DNA of 64,000 bases. It comes from Malacoraja senta (taxonomy: Eukaryota). The notes beneath the pieces were generated by a model. That model was not told the DNA's origin. It searched no databases and worked only from the letters and a program-made list of their open reading frames with translations. Of the stretch, positions 32,501 to 47,500 are shown in pieces. The stretch lies in NCBI GenBank assembly GCA_038087875.1, contig CM075998.1, positions 1,488,001 through 1,552,000 of the forward strand, given 5' to 3'. A program made the translations under genes and the position numbers. Each line of letters begins with the position of its first letter. The stretch's first letter is position 1.

Positions 32501-35500
32501 CTTTAATAGTATTGGATATTTCTTCCTCATTTCCATGTCTATTCATTCATTTTCCATTCTCTTGCTCCCTTTTGCCTCTGGGTTTATTCTGCCACTGGCT
32601 TTTCTTGTTCTCCAATTCTCTTCCTTCTACAACCTTTCCTTATCTCCCCTACATTCCTTACGTTTCATTATATTCCGGATTAATTGTTTTCTTCTTCACA
32701 CTTGTTTTTCTCTTTGTCACTTTATTTTTGTCAGGGAGCAGAATTAGAGAGATATACGGGTCCGGGATCTCCCTGGAATGGAGTCTTAGGTTCCTGCAAC
32801 AAGCAAACAATTAACACTCATTACTCTTTCTTTTAAAAAACATTGTGTTGCAGAGGTCATGATCCAATCACCATGCTGTCTTTCGTGCAATCTGCCTACT
32901 CCAAAACTAGGCTGCTTAGATTACAGCCTCCACCAAAAGTCTCCAATAAAAATGAGTGGATAAGATAAATGCAGAGGACGGAGAAGGGGCCTGGGATAGA
33001 AGGACAGGAGGCCCAGAGAGCAGAGAGCAGGGAGTATCGAGAAGGAAAAGGATGAGAAGGGGAGATGATGGGAAGATGGGTGCGAGAAAGGGGGATTTAA
33101 CTGGTGGGAAGCAAATTGCAGAGAGTGGAGGTGGAAGGTTACCATAGTACAGGTACATCACAGATTTTCCAGCATCCTTTGTTCCAAAGCTTTGCCGGAT
33201 TATCCGTTTTGCTGGACCAACAGAGGTCACGTAATAATAATAATAATAATAATGTGGGTTGTTCCCTCTGGACATGTTCATTTATGCAGAGAACAAGGAT
33301 GGTGAAGACGGGAGAGCGCCAACATGGTCACCGGCACACAACTTTAAGTAAAAGCTCACAGCAAATGGAGCTCAGCTGCTGTGCAGGGACTGCTTTGCCA
33401 CGCTCTCCATCTGGCCCTGAGCCAGGTCCACTCACTTGATCTCGAATTAGGCAACTCACAGCCCTGAGGCTCATACACACTCCCAATCAGATTTTTTTTA
33501 ACATGAAAAAAAAGATTCCTTGGGTAGCAAAGGATAGATCCTCTTTCTTGTTCCTCAGCCTTGCGCCACCATGAGTGTCAAACCCTCAGCTCGAGCCTGT
33601 GGTACCACACATGAGGTGGGAGGCACGGCTGCGCATGTGCACTACGCATCGATTGGCTTGCAACCTGCTCAGGTGTTCCAACAGGTAAAAGCTGGAATTG
33701 AATGTGGGGGTTGGGTGCTGGAGGTGGGAGTTGAAAGATTGCAAGGACATGGAAGCACAACTCGTGAGTGGAAACAAAGACATGGGGAAGATGGGGTGCT
33801 AACGTATACTGCAGCTGTGAAGAATCGTTTCTGTATTGTAATTAAAGGGGGTGCCGGACCATCAGTTGCCGGAAAATCAGTGGTGTACCTGTACCACATT
33901 AAACTAAACACTTTCTACTTAAATGGTGGCTTACATATGCAATAGACTACTATTCTATATCATTTTCCCCAAAGTCACCAAACAAACTTAGGACTCGGGA
34001 TGGGTGGTGGCCTTCATTTGCTCGTAGCATTAGAATGAATCAAATTTATGATGGAGTGATTCTCCCACGAGTTACTTCTGGGAGCTGTATGAGGTCCTCC
34101 TAGTGAGGCAAAATAATCTCACTTCACAACCAAAACAAGCTGGATGCATGAAATTAATAGCAAATTTTCACTGATCTGTGAAATGTAAAGATTTATTAGC
34201 AATAAAGTTGAACAATTATTCCCACTTACCTGCAGGAATGCACTACAAGCAGCAGTCTTTCTTGTTGCATGCTATACAGTAGTGTCAGCTTGATTTGTGG
34301 CGACTCTGAAACATCCATTTTGCTGAAAGAAGAGGACTGCAATTATATGACGAGACTACAACTGAGCAATCAATCCACAAGCTAGCCACCGGCCCAATGT
34401 TCAACACCAGATACATATTTTCAATAAAGTACATTTTAAGCCACCAGAGGTACCCACGAGTTATTGGGGATGTTGCAATTTTCAAGGAGCCTTAGAATAT
34501 AATTGATTCTCTTCCTCTTTCCACCTGGTAATCCCTTCCCACCAGAGTGCTCAGAATAGTGCGCCTGTTTCAGGATTCTTGTGTTGGTATACAAAAATGA
34601 CATGCACAAGGTAACCAACTGAGAATAACCAATAATCAGTGAGTTGTCTTGGGTGAAAATGTTTGTGTTGGGTTGCCATCCAGTCAATTTGGAGAACGTG
34701 CAAGTGGTATTTCCAATGTAGCAATGTTACAAAATTTTGAGATTTAAAAAATAAAGTCTGCAATTTATCCCATCAGATAAAGCATAAAAAGAAGTTTAAT
34801 TTGACACCTAATTCACTTTCATATCTTCAGTATTAAAGAAGTTATGGCCATTTTCATACTCGGAAATTAGCATCTTGTTCCCTATTGCTTTTCCATTGAC
34901 TTAACACAAAAGCTGTGATCGAGGACAGTCAAAAGCCCATAACTTTCTTAAAAATTAAGATAACTGAAAGAAATTTTCAATTATTATAGATTGAAGCATT
35001 CTGAAACAAATATGAAACAATCTTACTTAGAAGACATGAAAGTAAAGCATATAATTAGTTAGTTACCAAATTGTAGCTAATTACAAAATTCAATTACTAG
35101 ATCTAAACATCGATCAATTTCTTAAGAATAGATTAACATTTTTAAATAGCCTAAGTGTCCAAATAACATTCACACAATAATTCACAATATAACATAATTT
35201 TTAAATCTCATTTTCATGAATTTACAGGCCAAATGGAAGGAATTGAATGTTTAATACCTGTAAATTAATGGGCATTTAAATCTTGTGAGTGAGGATTTCT
35301 GGAACGCGATCTTTTGGAACGTTCATTTGCGGTGAATTTAACCCCGTATTGGCATGAAAAATACTGCCGTTAATTCGGGGAATAAAATCACCGTGTTGCA
35401 TGAAAAAATGTGAATTAAAGGCTTCTTAAGAAGCACTTTTATACATTTAAAGAAACCACTTTCGTTTACCTGTCCCGTGTGTGAAATCCGTCCCCGTTAT

Positions 35501-38500
35501 CGGCGTTGACGCTTCAGGAGCTGCTTATAAAATTACTCCAGCGCTGACATTGACGATTTAATAAAAATAAAAAATTCACAAAAGGCCCCTAGGAACGATT
35601 CTTCAGCAAACGCTTGTACTCCAACAAAATATTAACCAGGACAAGGTAGGAGAAACCCGCGTTTTAACCCCGCCCCCCCTTAAAGGCACCAAAATCGCGC
35701 ACACGGCCAGTGGCAGAATTACAGCGCGACTGAAGGTAAGTTTTGTAACATACCTATCCAATGCCTACTGCAAAAGAAATGTACCAGATGGCAGATAACA
35801 GACATTGATGCAGAGAAACAGTAACTGAATGGGCCGAGTGTTACAATCACTAAATATTTTAGAGTGAGGAATTTGCTATAATTGAAACACATATGCCCTC
35901 TGCATCAAACTTGTGCTTACGACAGTGGGAGATTCCAAATCGATACCACATCGCCTCAGCAAAACAAGAAGATGGGCTGTCAATCACCTATCCTGTATCT
36001 GAAAAAGGTTTAAAGTTATGCATTTGACTTTTAGGGAGATTTTTCCACCTGATTTTCTCTGCATGTATGTATGTACTGAGATTGATTGAATAAAGGTGTT
36101 TCATATCTACGGCTGCAAACTCAGAATGGCTCTTCAACCACAGCACAGTTAGAGTTAGATTACCATCCTCTGACATATACAATTGACCTTAATGAATAAA
36201 ACATTATGGGATGACTTGACCTTTTAATCTATACAAAGCTATTTTCAGAAAACACACAAACGAAAGCATGCATTTAGCAGGAAAATAAATAGTTTTTCTC
36301 TACCGATTCATTCTCTGACGCAGATCCAGTTCAGATGATGCCGACTCGCTCTCTGGAATGTTGGCATTTTGCTCTGAAGTAAAGGAGGCCACTGAATGGA
36401 TGCTGGGATCATTAACCAATGATGAAGCAGCTTTCAGTTCACTCTCATCACCAGCTGAAGCTGAGAATGCCACATTTTCCACCTCGTGGCTGGTTGGATC
36501 TCGAGTCTGAATTGAGAAAAGCTCGCTGGAATGCTCAGAAACTAGGATCTATGTGGTAAAAACAATATATTAAAGAACATCAAAACATTTACAATAGTCA
36601 GAGAGCCTAGTTCTTAACAAAGGGCATCAGTCACAATATGGTCACATGTTGCAGGAGGTGCACAGGCATAGAGACATATACAGTTAATACTTGTTTGGTA
36701 TTCTTACCCCAAGAATAACCTTCAACATAATTTGGCTATTGGGTCCTGAATTTTCCAGCTGAAACCACTTATCTAAGGTCAGATTCTTGCAGACCAGCAG
36801 TTCAGTGAGTGGAATGGTAAGAGTCCCCAGGGTGTGATTGTCATCTTTAACCTAGGAGAAAATTGAAACATATGAATAAGCCATGTATTTGACCAATGAA
36901 ATTAACAAACGTTATTCCAAATATTGTACTTTAGATTGTGCTGTGTTCTAAAAATTATGTGCACCAAGCTGAGTGTTGGCATGCTGAGAATTTGCTGACA
37001 AATTGAGATTTGTATGCTGAAATAAACACAGAAAATGATGGGAACACTCAGCAGGTTAGGCAGTTTATGTGGAGAGAGAAACAGAATTAACGTATCAGGT
37101 CTAGAACCTTTACTCAGAACTCAAAAGAGTCAAGAAAACAAAGATGTTCTGTGTTGCAGAGAAGGGGAGGGTGAAGAGTGCCTGTAAAAGGTGCCCAGGT
37201 AACACAAATGCTGTTGGTGTCATCTGAGAGGGGGAGTGAATACTTAACATTTGAAGACAGTCGAGTGAAAAACTACAATGCTGGAAGTGTGAAAAGCATA
37301 ACATAACCGTTGATGGTAATCAGAAGTAAAAGAGAATGTTGGAAAATACTCAACATATCAGGCAGCATCTGTGGAAAGAACTGAGTGAATGATACATGTG
37401 GATCATCTAAAACAGAACTGACAGGTTCAGATACAAAATAGCAAAAGTTGATTATCTGAAATTATTGTATTTGATATCGAGTCTGAGCTGCAGGGTACAG
37501 AGATGAAAGATAAGATGCTGTTCCTTAAGCTTACATTGGGCTTTGTCAGAGAAGGCCAAACACAGAGCGGTAAGTGTGGGATAGAAAAAGTACCTGTACA
37601 CTGGCTAATCTTGATCTTGACCCTATTGCAAATATTCCTTTGGTTCTGTCCACCCCTGCAACTCAAAACACTCAATTTCTCAGTTCTGATGAAAGATCAT
37701 TAACCTGAAACATATTTTATCCAGAGGCACTCCCTAACATACTGACTATTGCTAGCATTTTCTTTTGTATTTCCAGCAGCTTTTTGAGGTGGGCATGCGA
37801 GAGAGTTTTTCTGCAGAGATGCCTTTTCAAGATATAAAGTATCAGATTGAAAACATTAATATTCAGGCCGCGTGCCGTTTACCTGAACTTCCAGACGATC
37901 CGCATTTGGATTCCTAACAAGGAATGAAAACGACTCCTCCCAAATAGGTATGTCTGTGCTATTAATAACCTGTGACAGGTAAAGACATTGTTAATCTACA
38001 AAGAATAGGAATAATTTAACAGAATTATAGCTCTCAGCAACAAGACCTTCATCTTCAAACTCCAGGTGGACTATTTTAACCACTGCGTCACACTTTGGTT
38101 TGTTTAGTTTTAAATTTGTCCATCAAAAGGGAGGTTGAATTTTTAGATTCTGAAGGCGGAAGTCTTATTGCCAGGAGAAAAAAAAGTGCCATCAATCATT
38201 CTCGAGTCAATTGGACCTTAATTCCACACAATCTCATTAAGATACCTCATTTAGCATCAATCTCAAATCTGTGCTGCCGTATCATTTCCTCAACAGCCAT
38301 TTCTACACTCCAACAAAGCTACAACCTTTGACGAATCTGTTTCTCTTGGTTTTTATAGGTACCGATTTTCAACAATATTTTGCAATGGCAAATCACTAGC
38401 CCCATTCTAAATGACGTTTCCATGAAGGGAAGTAAAGATCTATACCAGGAATATGCTCAGCATAATTTTCTTGTGAACAAGAAAGTTTCAAAACTAATTT

Positions 38501-41500
38501 ATTTTACCTGACTTTTAAATGTGGTGTGATCGACTGTGAGCTGAGCCAGAGCACTGGGAAGCTTCTTTCCTTTCTTCAGCTATGAAAATGAAAAATCTAC
38601 TGTCAGAATCACAGAACAAGACAGCAATTTTACCTCAATAAATGATTGACGAGGTGCAGAATGGCTAAGCATTGAATGTGGTAATAGTATCACTCGCACA
38701 AACTAACAAACATAGATGTGGTCTCATCCATATGATGGCAAGATTCATACAGTTTCTTGGGACAGAAATTAACATTTTATTTACAATCAAGAAACCCAAG
38801 GCTTACAGGAAGCTCATGTGCTCTGTCCACGTAGACGGACAAGATGGCAGCAGATGGTTCCACCTCATTCTGTGTGAAAATGGTCTTGTTGGCTTGAAGC
38901 ACCTGTAAACAAATGTTGGGGGGAGGGGTTACTATTAATGGAAAATACCAGCTCTCTCTTCATTAAAAGGAGGGGATAAGCAGCTTGTTTATTTCAAACT
39001 TCCCATTTAAAAGTTAAAAGCAGATAGCATAAAATCTATTTTCAGTCTAGCTGGTCACAATGTCCTCTGACATTTGACATGAAACAATACTTGCACAAGG
39101 CAAAGAAATTTAACGATGCCACTTCGTTCAAGAGTGTTATTGTCATATGTCCCAGATAGAACAATGAAATTCTTACTTGCTGCAGCACAACAGAATATGT
39201 ATTCATAATAAATAATAACAAAAACTCAGAAAAAAAGAACAAACAATAACAGTGCAATAATAATAATAGTCTATTGCAGTTCATAGCTTATGAGGTTGTA
39301 GTGTTTAATAGCCTGATGGCTGTAGGGAAGAAGCTGTTCCTGAACGTTACAGTTCTCAGGCTCCTGTACCTTCTTCCTGATGGTAGTGGTGAGATGAGTG
39401 TGGCCAGGATGATGTGGGTCTTTGATGATGTTGGCTGCCTTTTTGAGGCAGCGACTATGATGGATCGCTTCGATGGTGGGGAGGCCAGAGCCGGTGATGG
39501 CCTGGGCAGTGTTTACAACTTTTTTTAAAGTCTTTTCCGCTCCTGGACGTTCAAGTTGCCGAACCAGGCCACGATGCAATCAGTCAGTATGCTCTCTACT
39601 GTGCACCTGTAGAAGTTCAAGAGAATCCTCTTTGACATGCCGAATCACGGTAATCTTCTCAGGAAGTAGACGCGCTGATGTGCTTTCTTTATGATTGCAT
39701 CAGTGTGCTGGGTCCAGGAAAGATTGTCAGAAATATGCACAGCCAGGAATTTGAAGTTTTTTACTCTCCACCATCGTCCCATTGATGTAAACAGGATTGC
39801 GAGTCCTCAACCTTCCTCTTCCAAAGAAGTGAGATCGACCGACTGACCATATGGTGCCAGCAGAACAACCTGGCACCATATGGTCAGTCGGTCGATCTCA
39901 CTTCTGTATTTTCCAAAATAACCCTTTTCCAAAACAAAGAGAGCCCAGCCCTGTTGATAACTATTTCTAATTAACACGGGGACGACCAAGATCAGAGGCT
40001 ATGATGTGACTCGAGACCACCAACTTTGTCAGGCCTATAAATGCCTGCCGAGTACAATAACCATGATGTATGTATTTGCGTTGAAGCTAAAATTGCGTTG
40101 AACCCTGCTCAGTTGCCAAACTGAAAACTGTCACCACCACCATCCACCATCTAAAACACAGGCTCATTCCTCAAGAATTCCCTCCAAGTTATTTGGAATT
40201 CCGCAAAAGAGCTTGCAGACAAAAGCCTCACCACTACCATTCCCAATACGTGGTGCTCAAAAGACATTATGCCAGCATCTTGGCTAAAGAGATAAATCAT
40301 GTGGAAATGTTGCATGGGTTGTAGAAGGAGACTGGTACCTGGTCCAACATGATCGAATCCATACTTGGTGGCAACCATTCCAACTTCAGATGAAGTTTTC
40401 CTGATTTGACATCGTTCAGCATGAACCACTGCATAAAAAGGGAATGGAACATAATGTTGCAGTGCATAGTGGTTACGATAGCGGGCGGTTAAGTGAGTGG
40501 GCAAACATTTCACAAATAATGAATGATATGGAAGATTGTAAAATTGGCAATATTAGCAGGATTAAAAAAAAACATATTCTCTAAATGGTGAGACATTTCA
40601 GAGCTGAGATGCAGAGTAATCCGAGTGTCAAAATGCAGACTGACAAAAGACAAGTATGGGGGTACAGCATGTAAATAGGAAAACAAACAGCCGAGGGAAT
40701 TGAGTTCTGGCGAGACTATCTGAAATGTATAGTAGCAAAGATAGAAATGCATTGAAAGCAGTTCAGAGAAGTCTTACTGGACAAATAACTGAAATGGGCA
40801 GATTGTCTTTATGAAGAACGGTTGGGCTGATTAGGATTTGAATACAGGCAGTCCCTGGTTACACAAGGGTTCTGTTCCTGGGAACTGTCTGAGCCAATTT
40901 CTCTAAGTCAGAAATGTCCGTTTTCCATCACAACCCTTATAATGTCCTACATACTCGCTATAATTCTTCCATTTCAGCAAATAATCACACTAACACTACC
41001 CATAATTAAACTAATGGAACATATATTGCATAAAGTTATTAATAAAACTTCTTAAAATGCTTTAAAAATGTGTGAAAGAATTTGCATAAAGTCAGATTTC
41101 TGTATGTCAGGTCATCTGTAGCCTGGGGAAGTCCCTGTATTGTTCAGGTAGAGGTAGATAGATTCTCAGTAAGCAGAGTGAAAGGCTACTGGGGTAGGCC
41201 AGGGTAATAATCAGCCGTAACTTTATTGAATGGTGGTACAGGCTTGAGGGCCCATATGGCTTACACCTGCTTGTAATTCACATGTTTGTAAGATTTGATT
41301 AGGTGGCTCATGAGGAGACAGTCTTGAAGGATTGAACAGCTCGTTTTAGTTGTTCCAAATCATGGAGAGATTTTCACTGGCCTCACATCTAGAAAACAGA
41401 AGCACCCAAGATTGTTCTCACACTGTTAGAGATAACTCTGCCAGGCATTGCAAGGGATAGGATGGTTCTAATTAGCCAACCACTCCATGCTCACACCTCG

Positions 41501-44500
41501 TATCCAGTTAAACTTCCAGTTCAATGTGTAACATTTCCAGATCAGCATCTGAAAGTTCAGCTAAAATCAGGGGGTCATGACTGGAAGAGATCGACCACGC
41601 CAAATCAGCGGAAAATTATGTACGCTCTTCCTTTTTACTTGATCTCTGAGCTGTTGGTATATCTGGAGATCCAATACCTCCAGATGTAGCAACAGAGAAA
41701 ATGTCCCATTATACAATTTTAATTAACCAGGTTTCCATACCTCATCCATAAATTTATTCTTCATGACATCCTTGTAGGTGATCTTCAATCTGCACACAAG
41801 AAATTAATTTAAATCAAAGACACGGATGAAGTTCATTTACATTGTAAGTGAATGCAACTAAAGTGCATACTGTCCTAGAGTAGATTTACTAATACAACGC
41901 TCAGACTTACAGAAGGCAATTGTTAAGGTGCTAGTTCAGAGAAGGTTTACTAGATTACATGGGCTGTCTTAATGAAGAAAGCTTTGACAGGCTGAGCTTG
42001 TATCTGCTGGGGTTTAGGAGAATGGAAGGGAACTCGATTGAAACATGCAAGAGCCTGAGAGTCTTGACAGGGTAAACGTGCAATGTTTCTACATGCTCAT
42101 TAGAAAAATTCATCCTTCCCATATACCCAACAGGCTGCAAAAACAGTTGAAGGGCCGGGAACTTCACCCAGTCTTTACGCAAGCTTCTATCGTCTAAAGA
42201 AAGGTTTCGACCCGAAATGTTGTCCATCCATGTTCTCCAGAGATGCCGCCTGAATGCTGAGTTACTCCAGCACTTTGTGTCTTCCTCTACAGTCACATTT
42301 GGTTGCTGACTCAGAGGAGCAGCTGCAGCATCCGTGTAATTGGGCCACACCAAAGAGGATGAAATGGCCCAGAGACATATTCACCCCAGTTGAAATAATA
42401 AAAACATGTTAGAGAGAGGAGTAATTAATACAGGTGATAAAGGGAGAGGAAGGCGAAGGATGGTGTTTTTTTCTGCCGGATCTTTCGCCTCAGAGGCATT
42501 TTCACCTAGGACAGTTGATAATGGGCAAGCTCTTTCCAAAGTTCAAGGTATAAAGAGAAACTTTCTCCACCTAGACATCTCCAGCTGACACATATCAGAC
42601 AATAGGGACAGGGAAGATAGACAGAAAAAGCTGGAGTAACTCAGCAGGTCAGGCAGCATCTCTGGAGAAAAGGAATGGGTGATGTTTCAGGTAGAGACCC
42701 TTCTTCAGAAGGGAGACAATTACATGTGCCAAGATGGGGAAAATATGTGCCCTTCAGAAGTCCCTGTGAGATTCTTGCCTTGCACTCCTTCCCCACACGT
42801 TTAGTGTGTCGACTGACCAACCTTTTAAAATTTTATAACGTATCGTCTTGTTTAGTAATTTAAAACCTTCTTCCCACTTTTCCATCGGTTGCAGTTGATG
42901 AAATCCAGATTCTCTCTCTCCAGCTCCCCCCATTACAGTCTCCTGCTCTCTACACTGCAGCTGCTCCACACTGATTGCAGGTAGGTGTTTCCGATCTTTA
43001 GGAAGAGGAAGAGTGGTCGATGGGACTGCGTTCTCTCAATGTACTATCCCTTTGCCTGGAATAGGATTGTGATCCACACCCCAGAGATTCCCTCTCTAGA
43101 GGGCAGGCGGGACTAGCCTAAATGGGGCATCTTGGTCAGTATGGATAAGTTGGGCCAAAGGGCCAATTGCCATGCTGTATGACTCTTCAAATTGATAAAC
43201 TAATTCATCAACATATTTGAGGAGCCAGTTAGCGGCACTAGAGGGTCAAAGTTCTAATGAAAAGGCAACCTCTTTGTTCTAATACCACGGCAACATTGCA
43301 CAACACACAATTTTGCGGTGTATTGACATACCTTCCGAGGAAATCATCCCTATCCATGTCCTTGTCAAAGAGCTCAAACTCAAGCTCCTGACCAGGAATT
43401 TGATTTACAATCACCTAAAGAGGAGAGAGATTACCACAAATCAGAATATTATTTTGGAAGAGTGCAATTAAGTCGTATTCAGTACAAATAATTATAGGGG
43501 TCTGACATTCTACAGCAAATATGAAATAATCTACTACTATAATAAATCCAGGAATATAAGTGAAAGAGGGTCAATGGCTGGCCCAAATCCAGGAATTGGA
43601 CTCTCAGCAATGGAAAGATAAGAGTAAAAAAAATGTTTAAAAAATACATTTAAAAATGAACAGCCCACTTGTTACTCAGACCCACCCATTAGGTATCCAT
43701 TTTGCCCTGCAGGATGAAGGGCTTTTACTTTATTCTGCTTTGGTTGCAAACGGCATGGTCTGAACATACTGACCTCATACAACTCGTGCCACTTGGGATT
43801 GAGGTTTTCTTTAATAGTTCTACTTCGGAAGCTTTGGGCTCCTGCTCTCACTTTGACGTAGGGATCAGACTTCCCTTTCACCATTCCCCTCATGAAGTTG
43901 TCCTTTGCGATCAGGTTCTCAGCTTCCAACAGATGAATGCGGATAACCCCCTGAAATAGCAGAAGTCGGTAACTGCGACTTTACAGGAACAAGAGTCAGA
44001 CCCTTGAATTTGCTGCACAATTCAACAGGATCACAACTCATCTTCACTCTTGATTACTTGTTTACTCACCTACTATCAGCGTTTCCTTTATATGAACTTG
44101 GACCCCCAAATGTTTTTAAGTAATGTCCAGAAAATTGTGCTTAACTGATTTACATGCACATTTCAGAATCGGAGCTTCTTGGCTTGGTAACTTCTATTAA
44201 CATGTGTACTATTTCACAAGTTATGGTGTATTACAAGATTTCACAGCATGGCAATAAAATAACTTGTTTGATGTGAATCTCCAAAGTAATCGTTTTCTAC
44301 AGATTTTGAACTTCAAAATAACTTCAACATTAAGTTAAAATAAAAAATCTACACAGTATATTCTCGTAAATTACATTAGAAACATAGAAAAATAGGTGAA
44401 GGGTAGGCCATTCGATCCAGCAATGCCATTCAATATGATCATGGCTGATCATCTAAAATCAGTACCCCGTTCCTGCTTTTTCCCCATATCCCTAGATTCC

Positions 44501-47500
44501 GTTAGCCCCAAGAGCTAAATCTAACTCTCTCTTGAAAACATCCAGTGAATTGGCCTCCACTGCCCTCTGGCAGAAAATTCCACAGATTCACAACCCTCTG
44601 GGTGAAGAAGTTTTTCCTCACCTCAGCCTTAAGTGGCCTACCACTTATTCTTAAACTGTGACCCCTTGTTCTGGACTCCCCCAACATCGGGAACATTTTT
44701 CCTGCATCTATCCTGTCCAATCCTTTAAGAATTGTATATGTTTCTATAAGATCGCCTCTCATCCTTCTAAATTCCAGTGAATACAAGCCCAGTCGACCCA
44801 TTCTTTAATCATATGTTAGTCTCACCTTCCCGGGAATTAACCTGGTGAACCTACGCTGCACGCCCTCAATAGTAATAATGCCCTTCCTCAAATTAGGAGA
44901 CCAAAATTGCACACAATACTCCAGGTGCGATCTCACCAGGGCCCTGTACAACGGCAGTAGGACCTCCTTGCTCCTAAACTCAAATCCTCTCGCAATGAAG
45001 GCCAACATGCCATTAGCTTTCTTCACTGCCTGCTGTACCTGCATGCTTAGTTTCAGTGACTGATGTACAAGCACACCCAGGGCTTGTTGCACCTCCCCTT
45101 TTCCTAATCTGACACCATTCAGATAATAATCTGCCTTCCTGTTCTTGCCACCAAAGTGGATAACCTCACATTTATCCACATACTACCTATGATTTTAATG
45201 CAAACTCCTTTTATGTTCCTTTTCTACAAATGTTTGCAATCAATTAATCACCATAACCAACCAATACCTATCAATCAATCAATCTATCTATCCCCATTAA
45301 TCAAACCTCAATCAATCCTTGCAGTCAATAAATCACCATAAATCAATCCATCCCTGCAATCTATTATCTCACTGCAGCTATTGGGACACCTCTTGTGACA
45401 CCATTTTAAATGTCAAGGCTAGAAATCAAAATCAAACGCTGGTAGTCAAGCATGTTGATAAATGATATTCCATTGACATAAGCTTCAGCCTGATCTATAC
45501 GAACCTCAATAGCGAATGCTTACTCATGTGGAAATATAAAGCGACCCATACCTCAGTCCCCACACTGCAGGGAGCACTGCTTTCAGTTGGCAAGGGAACT
45601 TGAATCAGGCCCCCCAATCCCGAGGCCTCCACTAACTTAGAAGTAGTCGCATTTATCTTGTCAGGCTTGGATGACCCCGGCACTTTGTCCATTGTAGCTT
45701 TCCGGGCTCTGGGAATTTTCTCAAGATCAACAGCATCGGGAACAAGCACCTGCCAATCAAACACACAATGGTAAATGATGGCAGAGAAGTAAAGTGGTAC
45801 CTGATTTACTTTGCTTTATTTTAATAAACCTAAGTAATTTATGTGCAACATTTAATTGAGTCCTATTTCAAATCTAAGAAGGTACCTTTGTTCAGTGATA
45901 GACACAAAAAAACTGGAGTAACTCAGCAGAACAGGCAGCATCTCTGGAGCGAAGGAATGGGTGACGTTCAGTCTGAGGAGGGTCTTGACCCGAAACTTCA
46001 CCCATTCCTTCTCTCCAGAGATGCTGCCTGTCCCGCTGAGTTACTCCAGCTTTTTGTGTCTATCTTCAGTTTAAACCACCATCTGCAGTTCCTTCTTATA
46101 CCTTTGTTCAGTGAAAATTGTTATGGAGGACGTTTCCTCTTTTTGCATTTTTCACTTCTACACACCCCACCAACTAAAATGTGAAAACGTTACGAGAGGC
46201 CAATGGTGCAGGTAGAAACGGCACAAGAGAAAGTATGAGAGGGGAAGGGTAGGTGATACACAGAATGGAGCATAGGAGCTGGCTTCCTCAACCATTCACA
46301 TAATCTCTTTGTGTCCTAATTTAACACTATTCAAAAAATGAGTTCAAGCAGTTCAAATTTGAATTTTAAGCAGACGTTAAACAGTACGTTAAATAATACA
46401 AATATCTTTAATCTTACAAAGCAGCAAACTTAAAATATTTCAAATTTAAGTTGTTACGGAAACAGAATTTTAAAAAAAAAGCCCCAAGGTCAATGAAGAA
46501 CAACAGAATGAAAATAAAAAAATGGAAAAAGGATAAAAAGGGAAAGGGGTGCATTCCACGTAACGTTCTTGGGCAAAATGCATCACCCTGCCTTTTATGG
46601 CTGCATCACCCCACCCGGATCTTGACTGAAATCACTGGAATGAGTCAGATAGACTCTATGTTGGTGGGCAGACAGTGAATAACAATATGTATCCATATGT
46701 TCTATTTTCTCACTTCCTTCTTGAATTCTGTAGTCAGATGGCGGATTGTTCCTGGTATCAGTGCCAGCACTGTTTCTTTAGCTTCAATCCATAGACTGTC
46801 TTTGTATAAAGGTTGCCCGTTCGTTCACTCACCCGCATTATGATTTTCAAATAAATTTGGCTGTTACGTCCAGAATGTTCTAGTGGGAACCACTGATCAA
46901 CGGTCATATTTGGGCTCATCAGAATCTGTGACAGAGACAGGGACAGGGATCCCAGACTCAACTGACGGTCATCATCTTTAACCTAGAAATGAAAATCAGA
47001 TGTACAGATTTAACCAAAATGCTGAAAGTGCAGGCTGTAATGATTTTTTAATCTACTTCTTTCACCGTAATCCTAGTTTCAATGTTTGTCTTAACTCTTG
47101 TTCGATGGCCAAAATTAGTTTTTAAAAATGGAATATTTTGGAATTATTACATCTTCTCTTACACACCATGCAACTGGAGATTGAAATATTCCAGTGGGCA
47201 GTGTCAAGCTGTCTGCACCAGTTTCCCTTTCCATTCTTCTTCCTTTTATTTAAATCCTTCCAACTGACTCTCAACCATGGATAGTAGCCAGGAATTTCCT
47301 CAGGGCTATTCTTGCTCTGCTGGTTTGAAGAAATTCACTTACATGAAAAAATCCCCTCCCCTCCGTAATGCCAGTAGCACTGAAAAGGCTCAAAGTCCAT
47401 TCCAAACAGCAGTGTTTGCTTCAGCGATTAACTCCTGTGGTGCATTTCAGTCTTTCAAAACCTAGTTTTTCCTGTTCTGTGTCATACTTTCATTTAAAGT

